Source: Bigelowiella natans CCMP2755 (lineage: Eukaryota; Protista; Cercozoa). Taken from it: a stretch of DNA of 64,000 bases. Where the stretch lies: the NCBI GenBank assembly GCA_000320545.1, contig ADNK01002596.1, positions 1 to 64,000 of the forward strand, written 5' to 3'. How positions within the stretch are numbered: the first letter of the stretch is position 1; each line of letters opens with the position of its first letter. The translations under genes were made by a program, and so were the position numbers. The notes under the pieces are model-generated. The model ran no database searches. It was given only the letters and a program-made list of their open reading frames with translations, and was not told the DNA's origin. Shown one piece after another: positions 1 through 13,099 of this stretch.

Positions 1-52
1 CCCCCCCCCCCCCCCCCCCCACACACAAATAATGTTTGCATACATACGCACC

Positions 53-362
53 AACTGATGCTTGTTGAAGACTCCAGTCTTATATACTCCTAAGACCATC
101 AAGCAAGTCGTCGTGTGTTGAAGCTGAGGAGACATATATACAGCATATCAATGGCTGTGAGAGGGATATGTTCTGCCTAAATAGAGAATAGTTGGAAGTC
201 AATGGTGTTCGTATCACCTTTCTAAAGATCTGAAGCCTTTTCAGCCCTTCACTGAAGTGGTTCTCGAGCTTTGACGCCACCCTAGTCAATGTAGTAATAG
301 TAAACGCAATATGATGTTTTACACAGAAAAGATACGACACCCGTGCAATCTGCACACTTACA

Positions 363-396
<34 letters not shown>

Positions 397-605
397 TCAT
401 TCACTGTCTGCGTATTTGCAATGTGAATGCACCCAAATAGGATTTGTACGAGTCCAAGGATGGCCAGTGCAATGATTAGCTTTTGCGCTTGTTCTTCAAG
501 CACGACTCCATATCCGAGATCCAATGGTTTCATGGCGTGATTGCTTGCAAACGAATGTGAAGTCTCGAGGATGAGAAGCTCAACCGATGGGCAGGTGTCG
601 CAGCC
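53..605 (-). CDS. Partial multi-exon gene, putative K+ channel (GYG pore + TM helix + C-linker-like segment); continues off the left edge
   Basis: Hand-spliced exons read ...HAMKPLDLGYGVVLEEQAQKLIIALAILGLVQILFGCIHIANTQT|VQIARVSYLF|RVASKLENHFSEGLKRLQIFRK|AEHIPLTAIDML|LQHTTTCLMVLGVYKTGVFNKHQL. LGYG (~507-518) is followed by a hydrophobic helix and an F..GLKRLQIF...HIP segment resembling CNBD-channel C-linkers. A donor near 52 leads into an intron leaving the window. Upstream TM segments not found. Confidence 0.4.
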
Positions 606-964
606 CTAATCTCGAGTAATGAGCAGGATGATTCCCGTTGTAGATCTAGTAGATAGATCTAGTAGATCATAGATGATTGTTATTCTGGGAGATAGATAAA
701 CTGCAGTAGTTAGTAACTCCTCCACGTTACCAGGACTACGACTACGACGACTACCTCACATTGCTGTTATTATTTCCATGTCGTAGGATAAAATTCCCCT
801 GTGATCTGCCCTTACGATGGATCAATCCCATTTCTTCATGTCTGCAATTAATTCAAGCAGGTCATCGGTGGATGGGAAACGAGCCCTCAATTGCCCTTGC
901 TTGTGTGGCAACCTGATTGGGACGGGTGTGGATGAGTCAGCACACTCCGATGCCCCTTTTAGAT

Positions 965-1720
965 CCCCTCGTTGGAATCACTTCATTCATTTGTTCATTC
1001 AAGAACACAACAGTGGATGATGAATGTGTGGGAACTTGTTGATGTCATTGATGATCCACAGACAGCTGACCTTTTCATTCACATGTCCATTGATTCATCC
1101 TCTTGATTCTCTTTCTTTCCTTTGACTTCCTTCAATTGTTCTAGTGCACGCATTGACTACACGTGATGCGAAGTCCAACATCCAATCTAGCAATGTTGGT
1201 TCACTTGCTCACTCATTCACTTGTTCATTGTTTTGGCACAGACGCACCTGGCAAGACGTGTTCGTCATCCACACCGAACGTCACTCTACTTCACATGCTG
1301 TGCGCATGCCATGGCCTCAGACGCCTAGATCTAGGTACATCTAGACATGTGTGTCACATGCGAAACACCTAGCTAGCTAGCTAGCATCGCTGCACAATGA
1401 TTTGTGTCATTCCAGCATTGTTCTTGTGATTGTCATCTAAGCGTGTGACCATGCCTAGATGTGCGTAGTAGATGTGCACATGGACGCTACGCCGCGCACA
1501 GCGCAATGATCTACTACTGGTGTCCAGCGCAACAGCGACACAGTACAACAGCACACAGCACAAGCATGCAGCACAAAACAACAACAACTAGACAATTTTC
1601 GCATTTGCATGGCAGTGCGTGTGTCACGTTACAATGAATTCCTCCCTTTCTCTCCTTGCTGTGCATGATGTAATTGCTGGGCTCTAGGGCTGACCGATCA
1701 CATGTAATACTACTTATTTG
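965..1720. mobile_element. Degenerate repeat island (CATG/TGCA/CTAG-rich) with a solo copy of the TIR of the 39.2-40.2 kb element
   Basis: Dense catg/tgca/ctag (ctagctagctagctag ~1369-1384). 971-1000 gttggaatcacttcattcatttgttcattc resembles ttgggaaccactccattcattt...ttgttcactc at ~39189-39225. Confidence 0.55.
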
Positions 1721-1837
1721 TTGAACATTTCACTCATCATTACACACAGTGTGCACAGGTCATACATCTAATAACGGATTTTGACTCGGGAGAAGTATTA
1801 ATTTCTTCGTAAGTTAGAAGCAAAACGGACAGAATAG

Positions 1838-2737
1838 TCACAGCTTCAGCCATTCGACCGTGTCTCCAGAACTTGAACCTTGGTTTAAAATTATGAGGCT
1901 TATTATCATTAATCTGATAATATACCAGCAATGTTCATCGCAGTGGCAGACAAAAGACTGTAGACTATACAATATATATTAGTTCATGCTACTGCTTACA
2001 CCTCACAACCACATTTCCTATATTCTTTCACTAATATTTTCCACGTTTATTGAAACACGATGTATATCAAGCGTCATATAATGATCATCATGGTTTCATC
2101 ACATTGTCAATATCGTTCTTCGGAGCACTCCTTGTAGCAAGAAAATCATGCATGCAATGGCCTCACCTCCTACTGCATACAGTCTTTTACCATCCGGGGA
2201 GAGAGCAACACCAAGCCCCTTTCTCTTGGACCTCATCGTTGGCAATTGTACCCAAGTTCTTGATGGGAAATCATAGTACTCTGCAGTGTTACTTTCGTGA
2301 TCTCCTCCAATAGCGAAGAGTTTGCGGCCGTTAGGAGAGATTGTTACACCGAGATATCTATGCCATGAGCAACAACCAAGAATGCGCTATTTTAGTGATT
2401 GTATCTGTCGTAGACTTTAAGACTGTATCCTACAAGAACCTTCTCGAGTGTGTCATCGAAGGGATCGGTCTCCATAGTATGCGCTCACGATGCCCAGATG
2501 AACATGGAATACAACCTGACGCTGTGATGAAACAACAGCATAAGTACGACGGGCTCTATCAGCATGATCAGAGCAGTTATCATACCAGTAGCCTTCTTCC
2601 ACGATGCTTTATTGGTGAGGTCAAGCTCCTCCACCTTGGAAAGTTGCTGGCCATCAAAACCGCCTACACAGTACAACCTATTGCCGTTCGGAGATATAGC
2701 AACACCAAGCCCCGACCTAACACACACACACACACAC

Positions 2738-2785
<48 letters not shown>

Positions 2786-3449
2786 CACTATACATAAATG
2801 TATAATATACATACTTGAAGGATGTGTTTGTGGGGGGTGAGAGGGAGGGAGAGAGAGAGAGAGAGAGAGAGAGGGAGACTCATCATCGATCCATCTGTGT
2901 ACTCGTCAATTTATTACTCCTCTCCCCCCTTCTCTGTCATTAGATGCTTGTATAGTTGTACTTCTACTTTTTCGATTGCATAGAAGGAAGTTCTTTCCAT
3001 GTGTTTGTTTGCGTGTCAAGAACTTCAATTGAATCAAGGCGCTCAGTGTAATTTCCTAGTATGGGGGAGGAGGAGAGAAGGATAGGATATACAGGGCAAA
3101 TAGAAAGGTGGTAATGAAAGAAATATGGAGACATAATTGACTGTAGCAATTGACTACAGTAGTAGTAGTCGCAGCAGCAGCAGAAGTAGCAGAGGGAGGT
3201 AGTGGCGGTATCATTAGAAGAAGAAGCTGCGTCGTAGCGAAATGATACTACCTCCTACAACGTAAAGCTTCTTTCCGTTGGGGGAGATAGTAAACCCCAT
3301 ATGAGCGCGTTTGGTGCTCATGGAAGGTAACCGTCGCCACTTCATCGATCGGAAGTTGAAAACCTACAATAGATAGTAATGGAAGGTGTCATTATTGTAA
3401 TTACTTCAAATATGTGCTGTTATTTCGCGAGGCAGAGTAACTTCTCTTC

Positions 3450-3501
<52 letters not shown>

Positions 3502-4115
3502 CCTCTCCTACAGCTACAAGCATACCTCCACAGAATCCAAGTAATTCTCATGCTTTGGTCCATCATACCCCCCCACTGCATATAATCGTTTACCATCTGG
3601 AGACATAGCAACGCCTACACATCATCATCATCGTCATCAGGAATAGCACTGGATGATAAATAGAGTGATGATAGCAGCTGGTAGATCAGGGAGTTTGAAG
3701 AAGATGATGATGAAGAAGAAGAGGGTTGGATCAAGGAGGAGGAGGAGGAGGAGGGGGGGGGGATCGACACTTCATTCATAGAGCAGTAGTAGCTCCACTT
3801 ATCTGGTGTTTTTGCTTATTGGTCTCTAGATAAGATAATACATCCAGCAACCCATCATTACCAAGGCCGCAACGGCGTTCTAACATAGGAGGTAGATTCG
3901 TCCATAATCGATGATGGAAGTCGTAAACCTACAGCAGTAGAAGTTGTAGTACCGGTAGTAGTAGTAGTAGTAGTAGTAGTAGTACTTATTGTTATAGTGG
4001 TAGTTGATAGTAGCAATACAACGACGAAAACAACAACAACAACAGCAACAACAGCAACAACTCAACAGCAACAATATAGTCCTTCAATCTTGAATAATGA
4101 AAATCACGCAGTCTT

Positions 4116-4151
<36 letters not shown>

Positions 4152-4696
4152 ATGCATGGTACTATTACTCCTCCTCTACCTCCACAGATTTGAGGTACTT
4201 CGAGCCATGATACCCCCCCAGTGCAAATAGCTTGCTCCCATCAGGCGACACTGCGACACCAAGATAACGCCTTTTCGCACGCATAGGAGGTAGATGAGCC
4301 CATCCTTTCACTTCTGCTTGCATACTATACCTGAGGATCACTTTGGTAAGTTACAGTAGTAGTTGTAGTTACGCTACTGTTTAGTTGCTGTTTGTTGTTG
4401 TTGAGTCCTAATAGCATGTATACTGTTATTCCTTTGAGACACAATACAATGATTCAAACACCCTCCTATACATCATTACTATTAACAAATTCTACTGTAC
4501 TATAACAACGAGCAGTACTACATTTTCTCCTGGTTACGACTCTCCTCGCCCCGTTTCTTCTCAAGAAGGAATGCTTTACGTTCACGCTCGATGTCCTTCC
4601 TCCTTTTCGCTTCCAACTCTTGTTGACGCCTTGCCTCTTCCAATGCACGTTCCTCCTCCTGCATTTGTAGGGTCTGCTCACGCTCCTGGACAATAA

Positions 4697-4746
<50 letters not shown>

Positions 4747-4826
4747 AGGGGTACAGGCAGGAGGCGATGATAGATTTCGTATTGTGATGAACATAAACAG
4801 AGATGACAGATGCTGCACACACGCAC

Positions 4827-4866
<40 letters not shown>

Positions 4867-6534
4867 ATTGTTAAATTAGATTACATATTGAATATGTATT
4901 AAATCATCCAAAATGCCATTTAGTAGTACCCGTTCTTCTGCCTTGAGCTGCATGATAGCTACCTGCTCCTCCCGCTTCTTTCTCTCTTCTTCCGCAACCA
5001 ACGTGGCCCTCATTTCAAACACGGGATCATCCTGGAGAATCTCGAATATGCCATCATCATCCTCCAAAGACTTGCTAAAGTTCTCATTGTACTCCACGGA
5101 GAGAGTAGGCACCTTGAACAATGTACAAACAATTTTACATACATGATGTTTGTATCTTGTGGTTTGAAGAAACCTAAACAACACATGTGTCCAGACATTC
5201 ATTGTTTCCCCTCATTCTTCTATTCTCTCTCTCTTTCTATCTATCTATCTCTCCCTAGAAATCGTACTTGATATACACGCATAAGTGATCGATTGACTGA
5301 CCTGCATAAGCATAGGTTGCACCTTTTGTAGCACCGTCCTCGTGATTTTGATGATTGTTCGCATACGCTCGTTGCGTTTTGACCAGTCAGATATCTGCAT
5401 AGCTTTATACAGCGTCTTGGCCTCTCGCTTTGCCTCATCTTTATTCTTACGAATTTGATCAAGTGCCTCCTTGAGCACCTGATTCATATCCTCATGTCGA
5501 TTTGTGAGCTCCTCGCGACATCTTATCCTCTCAGACACGATTTTGGAGTGTATCTGATCAAACGTCTTATTGGCCCGCTCGAGCTCCAAGTCTCTTGTTT
5601 GAAGAAGCTGTTTGATAGCGTGAGTTAGTTTGTCCTCACATGTATTGATAAGCTCATGGTGGTCGCCAAATAGCTGCATGCGCTTCACTTCCACCTGTCG
5701 TTTGATTATGGTAGATACAATCAATTTAAAAGCATCTGCTATTGTTCAACGTGGTGTTGCTTATCATATACTTCTTAGCTGCTTACTTCTGTGAGTGGTA
5801 GTGATGTAGGAAATCCTACATCCATATCCCTGCTGGAAGATGCCATAGCAGCTTCATCAATTGCTGCTGTTGTTGTTGTAGCTTTTGGTTGGGAGGTGTT
5901 TATACTGCCATCCAGACGTTGGATAGAAGTACTGCGAACAGATGCATCATCGAGACCTAGACCGTTGATGATCTTGTGGAGTTGCCGCAGCACCTTATTC
6001 GCGTGAATTCTATGGAACCCTGAGAGAGGAAGGTGGAGGAGGAAGGAGGAGGAGGAGGAGGCCGGGTAAATTAGACCCCAAAATGGATTGAAGGAGAGAA
6101 AGCGAGAGAAAGGGAGTGAGGGAAAAAAAGGAGAATGAGGAAATATATCATCAGGGATCTGATCACATTCCTCCATTCCTCATGCACTGTACTGTTATAG
6201 CGCCTATGAGGCAGCGGTGACGGGGGAGAGGAAAGATGGACTAATAAAACAACCTAGATCAATGAGAATCTCCAGATCTGCGTCCATGAGCGTTGAGCCG
6301 TCCACGTCAACATCAGCCATCTTGGTGGAATACTCGACCCAGCATTGCCCTTTGCCGAGGGCTCGTATAAACCTTCCAACCTAGCACCCACACGATCCAG
6401 ACAGACGCCGATGAAAGAATTAATTCATTGCGTATGTATGTTGTATATATATTATTGAAATTCTGTAGACTAACTATTCTCTATCTACGATCTATCTCTC
6501 TTCATCGTATCAATACTACACTAAGTGGTATTGT

Positions 6535-6623
<89 letters not shown>

Positions 6624-6943
6624 AGGATGTAAAGGTATTTGAATCCAAAATTAACTGTCCGAATTGACGTGAGGGATATACATATAATACGATGATTTCA
6701 GGATATTCATTAGAATGCACATTATTCTGTTAATACGATTTAGCAAATCATTACATCTTCGCTAGTCCAGTCTTCCACATTCTCACTAAGGCCATTTCCG
6801 ACAATATCGCCTGCAGCTACGCTACTGTCCTGTGACGTACGACGCTTCAGCATCGTGCGATCTTTCCCTTCGTCCTTTCTACTACTACTCTTATTCTTGG
6901 AATCTTCGGTAAGCGTGATATAGTGCCTATAGTTTCGAAGCAC
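1838..6943 (-). CDS. SAM domain + coiled-coil + six Kelch repeats (multi-exon; true start probably ~6950-7110)
   Basis: Spliced SAM: VEDWTSEDV|GRFIRALGKGQCWVEYSTKMADVDVDGSTLMDADLEILIDL|GFHRIHANKVLRQLHKII (~6760-5970). Coiled-coil exons 5724-4520. Kelch blades such as RRYLGVAVSPDGSKLFALGGYHG, GVAMSPDGKRLYAVGGYDG, AHMGFTISPNGKKLYVVGG, RSGLGVAISPNGNRLYCVGGFDG, YLGVTISPNGRKLFAIGG, RKGLGVALSPDGKRLYAVGG. Ends SSSGDTVEWLKL-stop (1838-1840). Confidence 0.85.
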
Positions 6944-8033
6944 AACTTAAGACTCCAGGGCGGTCCTAACTTGCTCTTCTATAACTATTCCGTTGGCCAG
7001 TCTCTTGGCCTGAATTAAACAACACATTAGGATTCGTATTTTTCTTCTGGCGACGGCTGCGAACATGTGAAGAAATTTTCTGAAAAGTTTTCTCGAGAAC
7101 TCGCTGGACATAGTTGAAAGGAAAGAGACTTATCTTAGAAACACAAATAGAACAACGTGCTGTTCATCTTACATAAACTGCAATCCCCAAACCCTCACCC
7201 GTACCGACAGGTAGCCAGGAATGTGCTTCGAAATGCTTTCCAGATCCAGAAGGAAGATCTCTCAAAGAAATATTCCAAAATGCCTTATATTTCATGATTA
7301 CGACAACAAAAAGATGCACAACATGTGAGTTTTGATAGGCATTCTTCGTCGTTCCGAGGTTCCTTCGGCTCTAAACAGAAAGATGTGTCTAAGACTTCGT
7401 CCTTTGTTGGATGCACGAACCAATGTAAATGCATGTCATTTATACACTACGACATGCTTGTTCGAGCTGGATCATTGCATGTAGTCACATCCTCGACTAC
7501 CGTGGAAAGTGTTCCTTTCGGGAGAGCTGCAATGCTGCTCTCCTTCTCTGTAGAGGACAAGCCAATTACATGTACTACGACACAAAATGTAGTCCGTTTA
7601 TCACTAAAACTAACCGGTCTTATTCGAATCAAATTACGCAATTCGATCGAAAACAGCGTCCATCCACTTATTATTCCATGGCATTTGCATGCTGAGACAA
7701 TATAAATAAATAACGAAATTATCGAGTTATTTTTGGAAGTTCGACAACAAATATACCATGTCGTACCTGTACCGTTGGGCTTAGCTCGGTCGGCACCGCC
7801 ACGAGCGCCCTCTGGGAGGGATGACGGGCTAGGGGATGGGAGGCGGTTGGTGGGAGGCTGCAGGCTTTGCGTTTCACCGGTGAGGGTATATGTTGCCGGG
7901 CAGGGTCTGGCAAATTTTGCCCTGGCTAACAAAGTTACCCCCCCCCACCGGACGATTTGCAGGCCGGCAGTACTCCTTCGAACCGAAGATCGTAGCAACT
8001 CGCATTATCTTGTTTAATTCTTTGCAATTGCAG

Positions 8034-8976
8034 GGAAGAAACCCAGGCGCTCATTGAAAAAGCACCAGCCTGCGTAATTGATATGAGGTCGTTCTTATCG
8101 CTAGATGGGACAAAACAATGCGCTTGACATAGAAACAGACTACTTCCAAGTCTACCTGCTGCCGGCGTACTCCTAAATAATAAAGCGCAGATACATAATA
8201 GCCTTTTCATCACGTCGCCCCCAAATTTCTTATTTCTCTTCTCTTTCATTTATAGCTTTGATCATCTCATGCAACCGAGAGAGATCTCAAGTCTGGCACT
8301 GCAGGTGATCATAAAATGCTAGGCTTTCTTAAATCGATGTTTCATTTTCGCGCATCAGTTTGAATCGATGCATTATCCATTCGCATCATCATTTCATTTT
8401 TGTGGATTCATTAGATTCGTCATGCGTATGGCTACAACAAAAGAGCATTGAGGTGTATTCAAACTTTCTTACTCCCTCACACGTGCTTCTGGCCATGTTA
8501 AAATCCAGGCAGTACTGATGATAGTTTATTCGTTTTTATGGTCATCGCCTTATCGTGGGCTTCTATCAATTCATGTATGCAGGCCGTACAAAATGTACCT
8601 AACGAGCCTTGATGAAGAGAAAGGACTCACTTGCCAGGTGGTGCTGCTGTTGTATTTCACCTCTCTATGTAAAAAGGAAAACAAATATCTAGTTCTTGAT
8701 TCAGCTACCGCTACTTGTCACATGATCAGCTTCTTAAAAAGGATGGTGGATACGACAGATGGCTTATGTGCAAGACTAGCAAGGTTAGCCAATTACTAAT
8801 GATCAGGAATCGGTAAGGGGAGGAGAGGCTAAAAATGAGTACATTTAAAAACTTCTCCTCCTTTGTGATTGCAATGTATGTTTGTGTGTTTGCATTGTGA
8901 GGTATTCGTCCATGCCAAATTGAGTATTTACATTTGTGAACAAACGTGTCTATGAGAAAAGATATACATTCATATA

Positions 8977-9013
<37 letters not shown>

Positions 9014-9615
9014 AAATCTTTGCAGCATTACGTGGAAACTTTTGGGAATGAAAAGGTATTTGAGCTGTGAGATGAATATGATGCACTTACAAGGATATAT
9101 TGCACATTATATTATTATGTAACGACAACCACCACGGCCGCCACCATTATCATCATCATCATCATCATTATTATCATTAAAATGTAGGCCGTATATCTCA
9201 CCGCCGACTCCGAGACGGTGTTGGAGACCCTTGACGACAACACAACGTAATATCCTCCTAGCTGTCATTACAGGGGGAGGGAAGCACGCTGTTTTCACCC
9301 AAGCATGCATTACTGAATTATTGTTGTGGATTCATGTTATTCCATCTTATGTTTTCCTCCTCCTCGCGTTTGCTGACTCATACACTGCATTTTAGCTATA
9401 TTATCGGCGGACTGGTTGACAAGAACAGGTGAAAGCATAGAGTTTAAAGAAGAGTGAGGGAGGGGGCTGCTGGAAAGGAGAGGGGAAGGCAGGAATGAGC
9501 TTGTCATCGTTTATTGTTTTCGAATTGAGATTCTACGCTACTCTCACCATAAAACATTTCGGTGGGTATTCGTGGTTCATTAATTATCAATTTGTGTTGT
9601 ATTGTGTGGTACAAT

Positions 9616-9658
<43 letters not shown>

Positions 9659-10002
9659 CTTCTCGCATCTTAAGGTATAAAGGCCTTTGTTTCGAGGAAG
9701 CGAAGAAGCGCGAGGTTCATGATAATATTAACATTATGAGGATGATGATTGTGATGATGTGATGTTTTAACGCTGGTGCTGAAGCTTTAACTAACACTGA
9801 TACTGTTGGCGTGTTGTTGGCCACGCACGTGTAGGTACGGACTGCGCGATTGCCGATCGGAAAATATCTGGAAGGAAATTCGAGGAAGGTAGGCATTGAC
9901 GTTACTACAAGAGTGGAAATATCTCGTAAAACGTGCATCAGCCGTTTTCCCTCTTCGTTTTCTTTCTTTCTTTCTTTCTTTATTTACCTCCTCCAGTGTC
10001 CG

Positions 10003-10037
<35 letters not shown>

Positions 10038-10489
10038 GTGTTTTCATCATCAGGTGGTCACTGTAAATCAAGTATTTCATATGATGCTTCACTTTCGAGA
10101 GGTGATGGTGACGATGATGATGATAATGATGATGATGAGAAGTTCATAGTGCTAACAGGAAGACAGTAGCAGCAACAGGGGTTGTAGTACTAGTAGTAGT
10201 GTAGCAGTCCTGCTAGTGAGCTTATAAACTTAGGGGACTACACACTATTTGCGCAGGTTCAAGATTGGGAAAAGGCCTTTCTAGCAGTCATGCCGCAGAG
10301 GAAAGGTAATACCAGCATTTGAGGTTTTTCTTGGCCCTCTTTTGACACGAAATTATCACATATCTACGATGGACAGGCTATAAGGCAAGGGGAAGTAAGC
10401 GTTCTAGGAAAGACGACAGAACCATGCCAACATCTACTTCTGCAGATGCTACTGCTGCTGCTACATCTGGTCCAGCTACAAGCATCTAA
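8034..10489 (+). CDS. TRM10: tRNA (guanine-9-N1)-methyltransferase, SPOUT family (5' end unresolved, likely upstream to ~7200)
   Basis: Exons splice in frame to EETQALIEKAPACVIDMS|FDHLMQPREISSLALQ|IRHAYGYNKRALR|PYKMYLTSLDEEKGLTCQ|LLKKDGGYDRWLMCKTSK|HYVETFGNEK|AVYLTADSETVLETLDDNT|TYIIGGLVDKNR|YKGLCFEEAKKRE|VRTARLPIGKYLEGNSRK|VVTVNQVFHMMLHFRE|VQDWEKAFLAVMPQRK|G...PATSI-stop. YLTADS, YIIGGLVD, TARLPI and TVNQV are TRM10 hallmarks. Confidence 0.93.
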
Positions 10490-10661
10490 TATCTAGCAGT
10501 AACAATGTGGGTTGTCCATTCATCAACAATTGTAATCGATACCAAAATGAATTTCCATCCACATGTGCTAACTCGCTGTCACACAAAATGAATTCTCGCC
10601 TGCGTGCGCTGATGCAAGCGTAGTGCAAGAGCATGTGCAAGAAAATAATAGACACAGTAAT

Positions 10662-10706
<45 letters not shown>

Positions 10707-10837
10707 ATATATCTTATAATAGACACAGTAATAACATATATACATATATTGTATATATGATGTTACATGTCTATGATAAAAAATAGGCTCAATAAGCGCA
10801 ATTTCTAGCCGATCTAGAATAGCGATGCCACATGAAG

Positions 10838-10884
<47 letters not shown>

Positions 10885-10887
<3 letters not shown>

Positions 10888-11300
10888 TGCATGCATGCGG
10901 GTGCATGTCATGTCTAGATGTGTGTGCATGTGTGCACATTGTGCAACATGAGACGGATGTGATGAACAAATTGAGGTTTTTCAATGGTCATCCCAACTAG
11001 CCAATGTGGTCGCACCTGTGCCAGTGTGCACATGGCAGTGGTGGAGCAGCCACACCCACGTTCACGTGCACAACATGCATTGTTGCATGCATGCACGTGG
11101 ACGGATGAAGGAAATGATTGCCTTTTTTCTGTGCTCAATGGTCATTCCAATGCCTAAATGCGGCTATGCGAAGCGGCGGCTACATGCAAACATGCAGCGG
11201 TATGATTGCGCACACTTTGCCTCTGCAATGTGTGCACGCTGGATGTTGTGCGCTCGCATGTCATGATGCATGAGACGGACAGTTGGAGACGGGTGCAATG
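10885..11300. mobile_element. Degenerate repeat island with two tandem copies of the shared core motif
   Basis: catgagacggatgtgatga...tttttcaatggtcat (~10947-10991) and acggatgaagg...ctcaatggtcattcc...aaatgcggctatgcgaagcggcggctac (~11101-11183); very high catg/tgca density. Confidence 0.65.
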
Positions 11301-11743
11301 CCTTCCAGAGGGCCCAGAGGGGAACGACGACAGCCTAATGCCGAAATAATAATTTCAAAAAAAATATTATTAAAATAATTAATGTTGCATTGAATACGAT
11401 GCAAGCGAAAAGTGCTCGCACAAACACCTCTTTATGTTCTGGGGAACCCATAAATGCTTTGTCGCAGCATATTTCCCCCCTACATTTTGGATAATAAACT
11501 TACCTTCCTGTCTACGCAACAACCACCAAAATTAGTCCGCTGGTGAGCTTCGCATCAGAGAGAGGGAGGGTGAGCACACGCGGCTGCTGATGGACTCGTG
11601 ACTGCAAATTTATAAAATAATAACTGGCAACGAAAGAAATAGTCCCAACTCATTACGACGGAGGGGCAGTGGAAGGCAACTGAGCAGTGGTGAAGACTCC
11701 GACAAATTTTTCTTCCACCGGTTGGACAATACTCGGAATTGAG

Positions 11744-12880
11744 ATGAATCCAAAACGATGGATAGATGGTCAAGCAATAGCACTACACAAAGGCACTTCA
11801 AGCAAACTTAAAATACTTCTGAAAATGATACGGGTCGGAGAAACTACACGAATCACACAATTTGATAGCATAAGATAGATGGGTCACCTGTAGGAAAACA
11901 AATAAATCGTTGCTCTGACTCTCAAATTTAGGATGAGGAAGTTAACAAGATCTGCTGCGATTGCGAGTAAATATGTTGGTCCTCTTCTTCTTATGTATGG
12001 TCCGTAACATGAATCTGTCACACTTTCTGCAGTGCCAAAGGACCCCACGATTGGACCTCGGTTACACATGGGACATTTATCTGCTCTGACTGTGCGTACA
12101 TACACCGCACTTTGGGGATTGAATACAGTCACATCTTGTCGGTATCAGTAGACATCTGGTCTGAAGCACAGGTTTGTAAGAAATTTTGATTCACCATGCA
12201 TGTGTTGGTGTCCAGTACGAACTCTTTGCACTTTCTCAAAGGTCTATCGGATGAGACTTGGAGGAAATCGTAAATTTAAGGTTTACAAACATCGCACTTC
12301 TTTAGCTTTTACTTGGACCTGCTGAATGTGACTGATCTTCCACTTGCTCCTCCTACATTTCAGGACTTTCTTGGATCTACTTTCGTATCTTCATATGGAG
12401 ACAGCGCGATTCGTCGCAAGTATAAAAATTGTAAGAAGGTTCGAAAATATCGTCGCATACTCGATGAAATTTGTGAGAGAGTTGGACTAGGAAATGAAAA
12501 GGTCGGTTGGAATCTACATGCAAAGCCGAAGGGGGGCAGCAGAAAGGATGATGATTCAGAAAGGAAATTGATAGAAACGAGTATCGTAATTAAAGATGTG
12601 ACAACTGGTAAGCTACGTACGGCTTGGGACCTAAACGGAAGAGTGGATACATTCGAAGGTCACAAAATGCCTACATAGCATGGCCGATGATAAGGATCAT
12701 CGACATTTCTATCTATTTCTCAGGTCTACAACAACTAAAGAGGAAGCCAGCCTTCACTGCTAAGAATTCTCTTAGGAAATCTTCTTCCGTTCCAGCTTTT
12801 CGCAAGCTTGCAATTCCGCATTCCGAGAGATCTTCTATCGAAAGGACAGTTACTGAACCTGTGGAGCGTGTAACTTGGGT
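11744..12880 (+). CDS. ADP-ribosylation factor GTPase-activating protein (ArfGAP C4 zinc finger); 3' end may extend to ~13086
   Basis: Spliced: MNPKRW...KLKILLKMIR|DEEVNKICCDCD|AKGPHDWTSVTHGTFICSDCAYIHRTLGIEYSHILSVSVDIWSEAQ|VYRMRLGGNRKFK|DFLGSTFVSSYGDSAIRRKYKN.... It has two CxxC pairs, the conserved HR and the GGN motif. Confidence 0.88.
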
Positions 12881-13099
12881 GTAGAAAATCTGCACCTTAG
12901 CACCCATCACTAGTTATTGGAGCTAATCTGATTGCATCTTCATTACGATATACATCGATTAAGTGAAAATCAGACAACTTAGACCAACATTTATGGCCCA
13001 TCCAGATAGCTACAGCTGACAAGTACAATGCGATAGCCCACAAAATTCTACACGCGAAAGGGTTCATCCATGTTATGCGACGATGAAAACAGACCGTCA

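Noticed and set aside
7325-7338. Possible 14-nt ultrasmall intron (gtgagt...atag)
   Set aside because: All verified introns are about 45-60 nt or longer, and a more distant acceptor (e.g. ~7393) is available.
7700-7740. TAA (7703-7705) flanked by open reading in the same frame, suggesting stop-codon reassignment
   Set aside because: Single instance, easily explained by an intron or chance; all confident genes here use standard stops with no in-frame readthrough.
7935-8249. Minus-strand ORF with a signal-peptide-like start (MKRLLCICALLF) and a LamG-like FSMSAWV motif
   Set aside because: It is antisense to a well-supported TRM10 exon and intron on the plus strand.
10940-11200. Island core motif as a tRNA- or 5S-derived SINE
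   Set aside because: No convincing A/B boxes, cloverleaf or 5S alignment visible.
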